A stretch of DNA of 48,526 nucleotides from an uncultured Verrucomicrobiota bacterium (GTDB lineage Bacteria; Verrucomicrobiota; Kiritimatiellia; CAIKKV01; CAITUY01), in assembly GCA_964568965.1 (NCBI GenBank), contig CAZMSS010000002.1, positions 1 to 48,526 on the forward strand, read 5' to 3'. This document shows positions 39,601 through 48,526 of this stretch, in pieces. Position 1 is the stretch's first letter. Each line of letters starts with the position of its first letter. A program made the translations under genes and the position numbers. The notes under the pieces were generated by a model, which saw only the letters and a program-made list of their open reading frames with translations, did not search any database and was not told the origin of the DNA.

Positions 39601-40835
39601 TCCGACTGCTTGTCGATCAGCTTCTTCGCGCTACGGACGGTATGCGCCACGCCCATTTCCTTGAGACGCCGGATAATGAAAGGCTCAAACAGAACCAGAG
39701 CCATCTTCTTGGGAAGCCCGCACTGGTGAAGCTTCAACTCGGGACCCACCACGATCACGGAACGTCCGGAATAATCCACGCGCTTTCCGAGCAGATTCTG
39801 ACGGAATCGGCCGCCCTTGCCCTTGAGCATGTCGCTCAGGGACTTCAGGGGACGGTTTCCAGCGCCAGTCACGGCGCGGCCGTGCCGGCCGTTGTCGATG
39901 ACGGCATCCACCGCTTCCTGGAGCATGCGCTTCTCATTCCGGATGATCACATCCGGGGTCTTGAGCTGGAGCAGATTCTTGAGACGGTTGTTGCGGTTGA
40001 TGACGCGACGGTAAAGGTCGTTGAGGTCCGACGTCGCGAACCGCCCGCCCTCAAGGGGGACAAGGGGGCGCAGATCCGGGGGGATCACGGGCAGGACTTC
40101 AAGAATCATCCATTCCGGCCGGCTGTTGCTGGTCAGGAAGCCTTCGAGCACCTTCATGCGCTTGGAGTACTTCTTGCGGTTCTGCTTGCTGCGCGTGGTC
40201 TCCATCTGTCCGTCAAGCTCGGCAAGGATCTTCTCCATGTCGATCTTCTTCATCAGGTCACGAACGGCCTCGGCGCCAATACGGGCCGTGAACGCATCGC
40301 CATACTTCTCCTGGGCTTCCCGGTATTCCATCTCGGAAAGAAGCTGTTTCTCCTGAAGCGGCGTATCTCCCGGCTCCACCACGACATAGTCCTCGTAATA
40401 GAGAATACGCTCGAGGGCGCGCGCGGTCATGTCAAGGACCAGTCCAAGACGGCTCGGGGTACACTTGAAGAACCATATATGGGAAACAGGCACCGCCAGG
40501 TCAATGTGACCCATGCGCTCGCGCCGGACGCGCGACTGGGTGATTTCCACGCCGCACCGGTCGCAAATCACACCCTTGTGCTTGATGCGCTTATATTTTC
40601 CGCAGCTGCACTCCCAGTCCCGCGTCGGGCCGAAAATGCGCTCACAGAACAGACCGCCCTTTTCGGGCTTGTAGGTGCGGTAGTTGATCGTTTCCGGGTT
40701 CTTCACCTCGCCATGGCTCCACTGCCGGATGGTCTCCGGTGAAGCCAGGGTGATGTTCACGGAATCAAACCCCTCCATCAGGGGCATTCCAAGCCGCTCC
40801 CGGGCGGCAGAATTTGTCAAGGTACGTTCCGACAT
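36654..40835 (-). CDS. rpoC: DNA-directed RNA polymerase beta' subunit
   Basis: Shows FD...[22 protein letters not shown], the zinc motif C.CGKYKR....G..C..CGVE and [12 protein letters not shown]. The track's start at 40922 overlaps rpoB, so it was trimmed to the ATG at 40835. The ATG at 40787 (GGGAG 9 nt upstream) is an equally good start. Confidence 0.93.
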   Translation of the reverse strand: MSERTLTNSAARERLGMPLMEGFDSVNITLASPETIRQWSHGEVKNPETINYRTYKPEKGGLFCERIFGPTRDWECSCGKYKRIKHKGVICDRCGVEITQSRVRRERMGHIDLAVPVSHIWFFKCTPSRLGLVLDMTARALERILYYEDYVVVEPGDTPLQEKQLLSEMEYREAQEKYGDAFTARIGAEAVRDLMKKIDMEKILAELDGQMETTRSKQNRKKYSKRMKVLEGFLTSNSRPEWMILEVLPVIPPDLRPLVPLEGGRFATSDLNDLYRRVINRNNRLKNLLQLKTPDVIIRNEKRMLQEAVDAVIDNGRHGRAVTGAGNRPLKSLSDMLKGKGGRFRQNLLGKRVDYSGRSVIVVGPELKLHQCGLPKKMALVLFEPFIIRRLKEMGVAHTVRSAKKLIDKQSDEVWAILEEITRDKTVMLNRAPTLHRLSIQSFEPTLVEGEAIQVHPLVCTAYNADFDGDQMAVHVPLSIEAQIESRLLMLSTNNVFSPSSGKPVMTPTQDIALGIYYLTSAAQKDRIKEVRRKAAGQGQEQERLPIFDEAAQVRLAYDDGALKIHHRVRFKNPDFGRKTVFGDTHSKMLITTVGRVFFNEILPATLGFINRCCDKSFLGKLIWQCYRVSGHAETVKVLESLKNIGFEHATLAGISIGLSDMIIPSEKEDIIAKAHKSVSEVESQYRRGIITDGERYNKIVDIWTQATEETSNAMYRAIEENAGSDEANPIFMMVDSKARGSRQQIRQLAGMRGLMAKPSGEIIERPIVSNFREGLSVLEYFISTHGARKGLADTALKTADAGYLTRKLVDVAQDVRIIEQDCNTLNGIEVKGIGEGDENLVSLADRIKGRTALNDIVNPVTRELIVPAGGLIDEALAEAVMNADIEKVRIRSVLTCESRRGICAKCYGRDLSNGRPVEMGAAVGIIAAQSIGEPGTQLTMRTFHIGGTASSVFKQPHVISKHDGIIQYTNMRTVVNEQGHFVVLNKNGSVAVFDDTGREVERHTIAIGAIISVEDGGRVKKGQSFIEWDPYSVPILAEKPGTVHFQGFIENVTVKKEVDQSTGLMGTVVLEHKEDLHPQIVISFGSSEQPMAYNIPAGAHVMIKDGKKVAAGEVLAKTPRKESKTKDITGGLPRVAELFEARRPKDAAEIAKIDGMVDFGPNQRGRRCLLIRDAVTGDEEQHLIPMGKHIVVYKGDFVQKGGQLTEGPVVPQEILEICGPQELQEYLVNQVQEVYRLQGVEINDKHIEIIVRQMLRKVRITDGGDTDFLWGEQVEKQMFQEVNAKAQAEGKRPAEASPALLGITKAALETESFISAASFQDTTRVLTEAATLGRVDTLYGFKENVIMGHLIPGGTGFPMFRNIKLVPLAEPIPEEDLRMESEAVKKAQELLG

Positions 40836-40863
40836 AGGTGACTCAGCGTTGCCGCCGCCTCCG

Positions 40864-43800
40864 TTAAATTCGTTTTTCCTTCGCCTCAGCCCGCACGTCC
40901 AACCCGATGGCCCGCAACTCATTGATCAGAACGTTGAACGACTCGGGGCGGTCCGCCTCAAGTACATTCTCGCCCTTCACGATGGATTCATAAATCCGGG
41001 TGCGTCCATTGGTGTCGTCGCTCTTGACGGTCAACAGTTCCTGCAGCGCGAATGCCGCGCCATAGGCCTCAAGCGCCCAGACTTCCATCTCCCCGAGACG
41101 CTGTCCGCCATACTGCGCCTTGCCGCCCAGCGGTTGCTGGGTAACGAGCGAGTACGGACCAACGGCACGGGCATGGATCTTGTCGCTAACCAAATGATGC
41201 AGCTTGAGCATGTAGATATAGCCCACCACGACACGCTGGTCGAATGATTCGCCGGTACGCCCGTCGAACAACTGCGTCTTCCCGTCGGCCGGCAGCTTCG
41301 CGTCCTTCATTAAGTCGTGAATGCGCTTCTCGGAAATTCCGTCGAAGACCGGCGTGCTGGCATACAGCCCGAGTATCTTGCACGCCCATCCAAGATGGGT
41401 CTCCAGGACCTGTCCCACATTCATACGGGAGGGCACACCAAGCGGGTTCAGCACGATGTCAACGGGGGTTCCGTCCGGCAGGAACGGCATATCCGCCTCC
41501 GGCAGGATCCTGGCCACCACACCCTTGTTACCATGGCGTCCGGCCATCTTGTCACCCACCGACAGCTTTTTCTTGCTGGCGATGTAGACACGCACCTGCT
41601 TGATAATCCCCTGATCCACCTCGTCGCCGCTTTCCAGACGATCCATGGCGTTCTCGTACTCATGCTCGAGTTCAATGAACTTCTGCTGGTACTCGCCGAT
41701 AATCTCCTGGATCTTGATCTGGATCGGACTGCTCTCGATCGCGATATGAGCGCTCTCGTTCGCCAGCTTCCGCAACAGAGTCTTGGTGATCTTCCGGTTG
41801 GCCGGGATGATAATCTCGCCGGAGTCGATATTGACAACGTCCAGCGGGATCTTCTCGCCCAGCAGGATATTACTCAATGCTTCCGTGAGCTGATCCACCA
41901 ATTCCTGCTTCTTGGACTGCTGCTCCTGGGCCACGTTCTTGGCCTGACGCTTCCGTTCCGCAGGCGTCATCTTCTCTCGGGCAATGTCCTTGTGGGCCGA
42001 AACCTTCACATCCATGACAATGCCGTAGGTTCCACTGGGAACCGTCAGGGAGGTGTCGCGGACATCCGCAGCCTTTTCGCCGAAGATCGCGCGCAACAGG
42101 CGCTCTTCCGGAGCCAGTTCGGTTTCGCTCTTGGGCGTGATCTTGCCGACGAGAATGTCGTCCGGCTTGACTTCCGCACCAACGCGGATCACCCCGTCGG
42201 GGCCGAGGTTGCGAAGGGCCTCCTCGCCGACATTCGGAATGTCACGCGTGATTTCTTCCGGGCCCAGCTTGGTGTCGCGGGCGCCGACCTCGAACTCCTG
42301 GATGTGGACCGATGTGAACACATCGTCCCGCACCACGCGCTCGCTGATCAGAATGGCGTCCTCGAAGTTGTAGCCGCACCAGGGCATGAACGCCACCAGG
42401 ACGTTGCGCCCGATCGCCAACTCGCCCGCCGCCGTGGCAGGTCCGTCCGCGAGGACATCCCCGGTCCTGATCTTCTGGCCGACCTTCACGACCGGCTTCT
42501 GATTGACACAGGTTCCGGCATTCGACCGCATGAACTTGTTCAGGATATAGGTGCGCTCACTATCCTTCTTCTTGCCGCCGCCCTTGTCGTTCGACACGAC
42601 GATCTTGTTGGCCGAGACATAGGTGACCACGCCGGGTTCAACCGCCAGCATGAGCACGCCGGAGTCGCGGGCAATACGTCCCTCGAGACCGGTCGCCACA
42701 AACGGACGTTCCGTTTCCAGCAGGGGCACCGCCTGGCGCATCATGTTCGAGCCCATCAGGGCGCGGTTGGCGTCATCGTGCTCGAGGAACGGGATCAACC
42801 CGGCCGCGACCGACACCACCTGCTTGGGCGACACATCCATGTAGTCCACCTTCTCCTTCGGGACTTCCATGAACTCACCGCGATGACGGACCGCTATCGC
42901 TTCGCGCGACATGCGGCTACGGGCATCCAGCGGCGTGTTCGCCTGGGCGATGATAAACTTCTCCTCGCGGTCGGCACTGAGGTATTCGACCGCGTCCGAG
43001 ACCGTCCCGTTGTTCACCTTCCGGTAGGGAGTCTCGATAAAGCCGTATTCATTGATGCGGGCATAAATGCCCAGCGAGGAGATCAGACCGATGTTCGGGC
43101 CTTCCGGCGTCTCAATCGGGCAGATGCGGCCGTAATGGCTGCTATGCACGTCGCGGACTTCGAATCCGGCACGTTCACGGCTCAACCCACCCGGGCCCAA
43201 GGCGCTGAGACGGCGCTTATGCGCCAACTCGGAGAGCGGGTTGGTCTGATCCATGAACTGGCTCAGCTGGCTGCGTCCGAAGAAATCCTTCACGACGGCC
43301 GAGAGGGTTTTGGGATTGACCAGGCGCTGCGGCGTCAGAGTTCCCGTGTTCGGATCGAACAGGGTCATCCGCTCACGCACCAGGCGCTCGGCGCGAGCCA
43401 GGCCCACCCGGCACTGGTTTTCAATCAGTTCACCGATCGTGCGCAGGCGGCGGCTTCCGAGATGATCAATATCATCCACGGTTCCCTGACCGCCTCGGAT
43501 GCTGATCAAGTAACGGATGGCCGCGATCAGGTCGCTCCCATCCGGACTCAGCGTGCGGAGGCGCTCCTCCTCGGTAACGGTGATGAAAGACTCCTTTTCC
43601 TTGTCGTCCTTCTTCCCCATGATCCCGGTGATAAGCCCCGCCGTCTCCTTGATTTCGGCGTCAAGCTTCTGGTTGATCTTGTAGCGGCCGACGCGGCCCA
43701 GATCATAGCGGCGCACATCGAAAAAGAGCCGCTTGAGCAACTGGCGCGCATTCGACACGGTGGCGGGATCACCCGGACGCAACCGCAGATAGATGTCCTT

Positions 43801-44694
43801 CAAGGCGTCATCCATCGAGTGCGTGGGATCTTCCTTGATGCTCTTCAGCATCACACCGGAATCCCAGGAGACGTCAACCACCTCAACCTCCTTGAAGCCG
43901 GCCGCCTTCATCTGCGACAGGACATTCTCGGAGAGAGGCTCGTAACGACGGGCCAGAACGGTCTGGGAGTCGACATCGATGACGTCGTCACGGAACACCA
44001 GGGTCGCCAATTTCTCGGCACTGATGGATTCCGAAACCTTCAGCTTGCGGACGGTGTAGAACAGCGCCAGGAGGTCGGCATCCGTTCCATAGCCCAAGGC
44101 GCGCAGGAAGGTGGTCGCCAGGAATTTCCGCCGGCGGTGCCGTCGATCCATGTAGATCCACAGCAGGTCGGAGGCGTCAAACTGCACTTCCACCCACGAT
44201 CCCCGATCGGGAATGATGCGGAAGGAGTACAGCATGTTGCCGCTGGAATGAACCGACTGCTCGAAACAGATACCGGGGGACCGGTGCAGCTGGCTGACGA
44301 TCACGCGTTCGGCGCCGTTGATCACGAAGGATCCCTGCGGCGTCATCAGCGGTATTTCGCCCATGTAAACGGTTTCCTCGCGGACTTCTTCCCCGTCCTT
44401 GAGCCTGAACGTCACATGCAGGGTGCCCGCATAAGTCTGCCCCTCGCGCAGAACCTCGAAAGGATCCGCCTTGGGCATCGAGAACTCATACTTCACAAAA
44501 TCCAGCACGTAACGCCCATCATAGCTCTCGATGGGGAACACTTCCTTGAACACCGTCTGCAGGCCCATGGTCTTGCGACCGCCGGGGGCGATATCGAGTT
44601 GGAGGAAATCCTTGTACGACGCCGTCTGAATTTCAATCAGATTCGGCGGCTCAATTACCTCAACCAGTTTTCCGAAATTCGTTCTCTCAACCAT
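40864..44694 (-). CDS. rpoB: DNA-directed RNA polymerase beta subunit
   Basis: 1276 aa. Shows PNL.EIQ..SY..FL and the C-terminal [19 protein letters not shown]. Confidence 0.96.
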   Translation of the reverse strand: MVERTNFGKLVEVIEPPNLIEIQTASYKDFLQLDIAPGGRKTMGLQTVFKEVFPIESYDGRYVLDFVKYEFSMPKADPFEVLREGQTYAGTLHVTFRLKDGEEVREETVYMGEIPLMTPQGSFVINGAERVIVSQLHRSPGICFEQSVHSSGNMLYSFRIIPDRGSWVEVQFDASDLLWIYMDRRHRRRKFLATTFLRALGYGTDADLLALFYTVRKLKVSESISAEKLATLVFRDDVIDVDSQTVLARRYEPLSENVLSQMKAAGFKEVEVVDVSWDSGVMLKSIKEDPTHSMDDALKDIYLRLRPGDPATVSNARQLLKRLFFDVRRYDLGRVGRYKINQKLDAEIKETAGLITGIMGKKDDKEKESFITVTEEERLRTLSPDGSDLIAAIRYLISIRGGQGTVDDIDHLGSRRLRTIGELIENQCRVGLARAERLVRERMTLFDPNTGTLTPQRLVNPKTLSAVVKDFFGRSQLSQFMDQTNPLSELAHKRRLSALGPGGLSRERAGFEVRDVHSSHYGRICPIETPEGPNIGLISSLGIYARINEYGFIETPYRKVNNGTVSDAVEYLSADREEKFIIAQANTPLDARSRMSREAIAVRHRGEFMEVPKEKVDYMDVSPKQVVSVAAGLIPFLEHDDANRALMGSNMMRQAVPLLETERPFVATGLEGRIARDSGVLMLAVEPGVVTYVSANKIVVSNDKGGGKKKDSERTYILNKFMRSNAGTCVNQKPVVKVGQKIRTGDVLADGPATAAGELAIGRNVLVAFMPWCGYNFEDAILISERVVRDDVFTSVHIQEFEVGARDTKLGPEEITRDIPNVGEEALRNLGPDGVIRVGAEVKPDDILVGKITPKSETELAPEERLLRAIFGEKAADVRDTSLTVPSGTYGIVMDVKVSAHKDIAREKMTPAERKRQAKNVAQEQQSKKQELVDQLTEALSNILLGEKIPLDVVNIDSGEIIIPANRKITKTLLRKLANESAHIAIESSPIQIKIQEIIGEYQQKFIELEHEYENAMDRLESGDEVDQGIIKQVRVYIASKKKLSVGDKMAGRHGNKGVVARILPEADMPFLPDGTPVDIVLNPLGVPSRMNVGQVLETHLGWACKILGLYASTPVFDGISEKRIHDLMKDAKLPADGKTQLFDGRTGESFDQRVVVGYIYMLKLHHLVSDKIHARAVGPYSLVTQQPLGGKAQYGGQRLGEMEVWALEAYGAAFALQELLTVKSDDTNGRTRIYESIVKGENVLEADRPESFNVLINELRAIGLDVRAEAKEKRI

Positions 44695-44783
44695 TCAAGC
44701 ACCTGTTGAACCGGGTTTTCCAGGACACCAGCACCGCGGCCGCAAGGCCGCCCGTCGTACACCACACCCAAAAGGGGCGCGGG

Positions 44784-45182
44784 TTACTTGATCTCGACGG
44801 TTGCGCCAGCCTTCTCCAAGACTTCCTTGATCTTGGCGGCTTCGTCCTTGGAAATACCTTCCTTGACGGTCTTCGGGGCGCCTTCGACCAGGTCCTTGGA
44901 CTCCTTGAGACCCAGACCCGTGATGCCGCGAATTTCCTTGATGACGCCGATCTTGTTGCCACCCGCGCTGGCGAGCACAACCGTGAACTCCGTCTTCTCA
45001 ACCGCCGCCTCAGCCGCCGCACCCGCAGGAGCCGCCGCCATCATCGCCATCGGCGCGGCCGCAGACACTCCCAGGCGCTGCTCGAGGCCCTTCACGAGCT
45101 GAGAGAGCTCCAGCACGCTCATGCTCTCGATAGCCTTGACGATTTCTTCCATCTTACCTTCCAACTTGATTTCCTCAGACAT
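44784..45182 (-). CDS. rplL: 50S ribosomal protein L7/L12
   Basis: Shows ..I...I..MSVLELS.LVK.LE...GVSAAAP and the C-terminal KEA...K..LE.AGA.VE.K. Start trimmed to the ATG at 45182. Confidence 0.95.
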   Translation of the reverse strand: MSEEIKLEGKMEEIVKAIESMSVLELSQLVKGLEQRLGVSAAAPMAMMAAAPAGAAAEAAVEKTEFTVVLASAGGNKIGVIKEIRGITGLGLKESKDLVEGAPKTVKEGISKDEAAKIKEVLEKAGATVEIK

Positions 45183-45226
45183 GGTATTCTCCCTATTACT
45201 TAACTCTAACACTCAAACAAACGTCA

Positions 45227-45742
45227 CTACGCTGCGTTCTTCTTTTCTTCAATTGCCTTCAACACGTACACAATGGTCGACACCTTCTGCTGCAGCACCC
45301 CAACCAGGCGCGACAGAGGAGCGGCCACGGTACCCACCACCTGACCCAACAGCACTTCGCGGGGAGGCAGTTCCGCCAGGGCATCAATCTGCGCGGAAGT
45401 AAGGATCATCTCCCCCAGGACCCCCGCCTTCATGACAGGCAACCCGCCGGTGCTGCTGAACTTCTTAATCACCTTGGCCGCCTGGACCACGTCGGGCCCG
45501 GTCACGATTGCGGACTGCCCCTTGAGGGACGGCGCCAGGCCCGCCCAGCCCTTGTCCCGCGTGATCAGGCGCAGGAAACGGTTCTTGACGACCTGCATCC
45601 GGGCCCCGGACTTGCGGAGCTGACGGCGCAATTCGGAGAACTGCTCCACCTTCAGCCCGCGGTATTCCGCCACCAGGACAAAGGAGGACCCGTTGATCTG
45701 GGCGCTTATTTCCTCATAAATCGACTGTTTTTCCGGTCTCAT
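45227..45742 (-). CDS. rplJ: 50S ribosomal protein L10
   Basis: 171 aa. Shows ...V.AEYRGL.V.Q...LR..LR..G....V.KN matching uL10. Confidence 0.94.
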   Translation of the reverse strand: MRPEKQSIYEEISAQINGSSFVLVAEYRGLKVEQFSELRRQLRKSGARMQVVKNRFLRLITRDKGWAGLAPSLKGQSAIVTGPDVVQAAKVIKKFSSTGGLPVMKAGVLGEMILTSAQIDALAELPPREVLLGQVVGTVAAPLSRLVGVLQQKVSTIVYVLKAIEEKKNAA

Positions 45743-45759
45743 TGTAGCCAGCCTTCTTG

Positions 45760-46443
45760 TTAATCCCGCACATCCACGCGGAGGCCAACCCCCATCGTGG
45801 AGCTGAGCGTACAGCGTTTGATAAATGAGCCCTTGGCCGCGGCCGGGCGCGCCGCCCGAACCGCCGCGATCACGGCGTTGACATTTTCCAGAAGCTTGTT
45901 CTCGTCGAACGAAAGCTTGCCGAAGGGAACCTGAACGTTGCCACTGCGGTCCATGCGGTATTCCACACGCCCCGCCTTGCTGTCGCGCACCGCCGAGGCG
46001 GTATCATCCGTCACCGTTCCGGTCTTCGGGTTCGGCATCAGGCCGCGCGGACCCAGCACCTTGCCGAGCTTGCGGACTTCCTTCATGGCGTCGGGTGTCG
46101 CGATGGCGACGTCGAAATCCGTCCAACCGCCCTTGACCTTCTCGATCAGATCCTCGTTGCCGACCACATCGGCGCCCGCGGCGCGCGCGGCGTCAGCTGC
46201 AGTCCCGGCGGCGAACACCGCCACGCGGACCACTTTGCCGGAGCCATGGGGCAGGCCAACCGTGCCACGAACCGTCTGGTCCGTCTTCTTGGTATCGACA
46301 CCAAGCCGCATCGCGAGCTCTGCCGTCTCGTCAAACTTGGCAACCTTGTTCGCCTTGAGGAAGCGAATTGCCTCGGCCAGGTCGTAGACCTTGGCTTCGG
46401 TGGCTGCCTTCACCTTGTTATATTTTTTTCCGTGCGTTGCCAT
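45760..46443 (-). CDS. rplA: 50S ribosomal protein L1
   Basis: 227 aa. Shows FDET.E....LG.D.+K.DQ.VRG.V.LPHG.GK matching uL1. Confidence 0.95.
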   Translation of the reverse strand: MATHGKKYNKVKAATEAKVYDLAEAIRFLKANKVAKFDETAELAMRLGVDTKKTDQTVRGTVGLPHGSGKVVRVAVFAAGTAADAARAAGADVVGNEDLIEKVKGGWTDFDVAIATPDAMKEVRKLGKVLGPRGLMPNPKTGTVTDDTASAVRDSKAGRVEYRMDRSGNVQVPFGKLSFDENKLLENVNAVIAAVRAARPAAAKGSFIKRCTLSSTMGVGLRVDVRD

Positions 46444-46445
46444 GG

Positions 46446-46871
46446 TTAGCGAACCACCTCGATTCCCATGCTGCGCGCCGTCCCCTCGATCATGCGGGCG
46501 GCGTGATTTTCATCCGTTGCATTCAAGTCATTCATTTTCGTGCGCGCGATCGCGAGCACCTGCTGGGCCGTCACCTTGCCGACCTTGTCGCGGTTCGGCT
46601 GGGCTGATCCCTTGGCCAGACCGGCCTCCCGCTTCAACAGCGAGGACGCAGGCGGGCTCTTGGTGATGAACGTGAACGAGCGGTCCTGGTAGACCGTGAT
46701 GACCACGGGGATCACCAGGCCGGCCATGCTCTGCGTCGCCGCGTTGAATTCCTTGCAGAACTGCATGATGTTCACACCGTGCTGGCCCAGCGCCGGTCCC
46801 ACGGGGGGCGCCGGATTCGCCTGCCCGGCGGGAATCTGCAGCTTGATTTTTCCTGTTACTTTCTTTGCCAT
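46446..46871 (-). CDS. rplK: 50S ribosomal protein L11
   Basis: [31 protein letters not shown] matches uL11. Confidence 0.96.
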   Translation of the reverse strand: MAKKVTGKIKLQIPAGQANPAPPVGPALGQHGVNIMQFCKEFNAATQSMAGLVIPVVITVYQDRSFTFITKSPPASSLLKREAGLAKGSAQPNRDKVGKVTAQQVLAIARTKMNDLNATDENHAARMIEGTARSMGIEVVR

Positions 46872-46919
46872 ATCTTTCCCCTGCCCCGTCTCCCGCAGAC
46901 ACGCCGCGGCAACGAGGGC

Positions 46920-47471
46920 TTACTGCCGTTCCACCTGCCAGTACTCCAGTTCCACGGGAGCCGAGCGGCCAAAAATGGCCACCGACACCTTCAGCTTGCC
47001 GCGGTCCGCATCCACTTCGTCCACGGTGCCGGTGAAGTTCATAAAGGGCCCATCCGTAATCTTGACCGTCTCACCGGCCTCGTAGATCACCTTGGGCTTG
47101 ACCTTTTCTTTCTTCTCCTCCACCTGAAACAGGAGCCGTTCCACTTCATCGGGCCGGAGAGGCGCCGGCCGTTCCCCACCCACGAACCCGATCACACCGG
47201 GCGTCTCGCGGATAAAATACCAAACCGTCTCGATCACCTTCTTGTCGTCGCCGTAAAGATTCATGCTGACGAGAACGTAGCCGGGGAAGAATTTGCGCGT
47301 AATAACGCTCTTGACCCCCTTCTTCGTCTCCGAAACCTTTTCCGTCGGGATCAGAACCTGACCGACGTAGTCCCGCATCTCTTCCTTGTCCAGGCGGCGC
47401 TCAATGCTTTCCTTGACCTTCGCCTCCTGGCCAGTCAACGTATGCAGAACAAACCATTGTTTTTCACTCAT
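46920..47471 (-). CDS. nusG: Transcription termination/antitermination factor NusG (housekeeping copy)
   Basis: [20 protein letters not shown] has NGN plus KOW domains (G..V.I..GPF..F.G.V.EV). Sits between secE and rplK. Start trimmed to the ATG at 47471. Confidence 0.93.
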   Translation of the reverse strand: MSEKQWFVLHTLTGQEAKVKESIERRLDKEEMRDYVGQVLIPTEKVSETKKGVKSVITRKFFPGYVLVSMNLYGDDKKVIETVWYFIRETPGVIGFVGGERPAPLRPDEVERLLFQVEEKKEKVKPKVIYEAGETVKITDGPFMNFTGTVDEVDADRGKLKVSVAIFGRSAPVELEYWQVERQ

Positions 47472-47494
47472 GAAAACCCCGGACTTGCTATAAG

Positions 47495-47701
47495 TTAGTG
47501 ACGCGCCAGCAGGCCGATCGCCTGCCTCAGGACCACGTCGCAAAGACCCACGAACACGGCAAACAATACCACCGACAAGATCACCACCACCGTGGACTCG
47601 ATCAATTCCCCGCGCGTCGGCCACGTGGATTTACGCAGCTCATTCTTCACGTCGGCAAGAAAGAACTTCGTCTTCTGAAAGCTGTCGGCTATTTTGCTCA
47701 C
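47495..47701 (-). CDS. secE: Preprotein translocase subunit SecE (short single-TM form)
   Basis: F..DV..EL+K..WPTR.EL plus one TM segment. The track ORF (to 47782) runs through tRNA-Trp, so the start was moved to the GTG at 47701, the first start codon clear of the tRNA. Confidence 0.75.
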   Translation of the reverse strand: MSKIADSFQKTKFFLADVKNELRKSTWPTRGELIESTVVVILSVVLFAVFVGLCDVVLRQAIGLLARH

Positions 47702-47721
47702 AAGATTACTCCGCGCTGATT

Positions 47722-47797
47722 TGGCAGGCCAGGAGGGCATCGAACCCCCAACCTCCGGTTTTGGAGACCGGCGCTCTGCCAATTGAGCTACTGGCCT
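47722..47797 (-). tRNA. trnW: tRNA-Trp (anticodon CCA), 3' CCA encoded
   Basis: The minus strand reads AGGCCAG-TA-GCTC-AATTGGCA-GAGC-G-CCGGT-CTCCAAA-ACCGG-AGGTT-GGGGG-TTCGATG-CCCTC-CTGGCCT-GCCA. This is a full cloverleaf with a 7-bp acceptor stem and a TTCGA T-loop. Confidence 0.93.
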
Positions 47798-47812
47798 ATA
47801 TCAGGCAAACCC

Positions 47813-47965
47813 TTAACGGGTTTCCTTATGCACCGTATGCTTCTTCTCAAATCGGCAATACTTTTTAATCTCCATGCGATCCGGAGTAAGCCGCTTATTT
47901 TTCGTAGTCGTATAATTACGCCGCTTGCATTCGGTGCAAGCAAGAGTGACCAGTTCCCTCGGCAT
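47813..47965 (-). CDS. rpmG: 50S ribosomal protein L33
   Basis: Below the ORF-track cut-off. Minus-strand translation gives [50 protein letters not shown] (50 aa), canonical bL33 (Y.T.KNKR.....+E.+KYC....KH..H+E). Sits between tuf and tRNA-Trp. Confidence 0.88.
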   Translation of the reverse strand: MPRELVTLACTECKRRNYTTTKNKRLTPDRMEIKKYCRFEKKHTVHKETR

Positions 47966-48037
47966 TTCAAACCATCCTTAAGCGCACGGGCGGCGAACCG
48001 CCCGGACACATTTACCCGACCGCAGCCGGACGATTAA

Positions 48038-48526
48038 TTATTGCAAAATTTCAGACACAGTACCGGCACCCACTGTACGCCCACCCTCACGGATAGCGAA
48101 ACGCATGGACTTCTCCATGGCGATCGGCGCAATCAGCGTGACCGTCATACTGATATTGTCGCCCGGCATCACCATCTCAACACCATCAGGTAGCGTAATG
48201 TCACCCGTGACATCCGTGGTGCGGAAGTAGAACTGAGGACGATAGCCCTTGAAGAACGGCGTATGACGACCACCTTCTTCCTTGCTCAGCACATACACTT
48301 CGCACTTGAACGTCGTGTGAGGAGTGATGGAACCCGGCTTCGCCAACACCTGGCCGCGCTCAACATCTTCCTTCTTCGTACTGCGAAGCAGACACCCGAC
48401 GTTATCACCCGCCTGGCCCTGATCCAACAACTTGCGGAACATCTCAACGCCGGTGACAGTGGTCTTGACCGTGGGCTTCAACCCGACGATTTCGACATCT
48501 TCACCCACCTTGATGATACCACGCTC
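48038..48526 (-). CDS. tuf: Elongation factor Tu (C-terminal part; gene runs off the right edge)
   Basis: Domains II and III are present: ...VEIVGL......T.VTGVEMF+K.LD.G.AGDNVG.LLR......[17 protein letters not shown]...[28 protein letters not shown]. Confidence 0.95.
   Translation of the reverse strand, partial: ERGIIKVGEDVEIVGLKPTVKTTVTGVEMFRKLLDQGQAGDNVGCLLRSTKKEDVERGQVLAKPGSITPHTTFKCEVYVLSKEEGGRHTPFFKGYRPQFYFRTTDVTGDITLPDGVEMVMPGDNISMTVTLIAPIAMEKSMRFAIREGGRTVGAGTVSEILQ

Noticed and set aside
41317-44709. 1130-aa plus-strand ORF antisense to rpoB. Similar long antisense ORFs lie at 440-2344, 5640-7232, 10260-12695, 28342-30204, 36633-38099 and 38478-40742.
   Set aside because: These are typical stop-codon-poor antisense frames of GC-rich genes. 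Their composition is dominated by R/G/A/L/H/D/P with no recognisable motifs, and each lies opposite a strongly conserved gene.
47788-48009. 73-aa minus-strand ORF between tRNA-Trp and tuf
   Set aside because: It has no recognisable features. A different frame of the same strand encodes canonical L33 (47813-47965).

Overview
GC-rich bacterial chromosome segment, almost entirely coded on the minus strand. The gene order and protein style suggest a PVC-type lineage such as Kiritimatiellota or Verrucomicrobiota, but that is inference only.

The right two thirds (about 18.0-48.5 kb) is one uninterrupted translation/transcription supercluster: tuf(partial)-rpmG-tRNA-Trp-secE-nusG-rplKAJL-rpoBC-rpsLG-fusA-S10 operon-spc operon-secY-adk-map-rpmJ-rpsMKD-rpoA-rplQ, closed by a strong intrinsic terminator.

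The left third is accessory or metabolic:
- partial rlmN and speA;
- a small internally duplicated secreted protein;
- a 1362-aa protein with an inverse-autotransporter-like N-terminal barrel and a long parallel beta-helix passenger;
- a tightly packed six-gene operon (PPi-PFK, HAD, gnd, LarA homologue, uxaC, SDR);
- a plus-strand HDAC/acetylpolyamine-amidohydrolase gene converging on nspC;
- a specialised NusG paralogue and an MTH1-like NUDIX gene.

I recovered three genes absent from the ORF track by reading the sequence directly: rpmJ, rpmG and the 5' part of rlmN. I also found tRNA-Trp.

Most interesting items:
1. a 163-codon non-ribosomal, signal-anchored ORF wedged between rpsS and rplV;
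2. the type-Ve-like barrel fused to a beta-helix passenger, plus its duplicated partner gene;
3. a LarA homologue embedded between gnd and uxaC, suggesting a mannonate/gluconate link;
4. a NusG paralogue abutting a polyamine gene.

I saw no CRISPR, IS element, integrase or prophage signal. All homology statements come from recognising motifs by eye. No database search was run.
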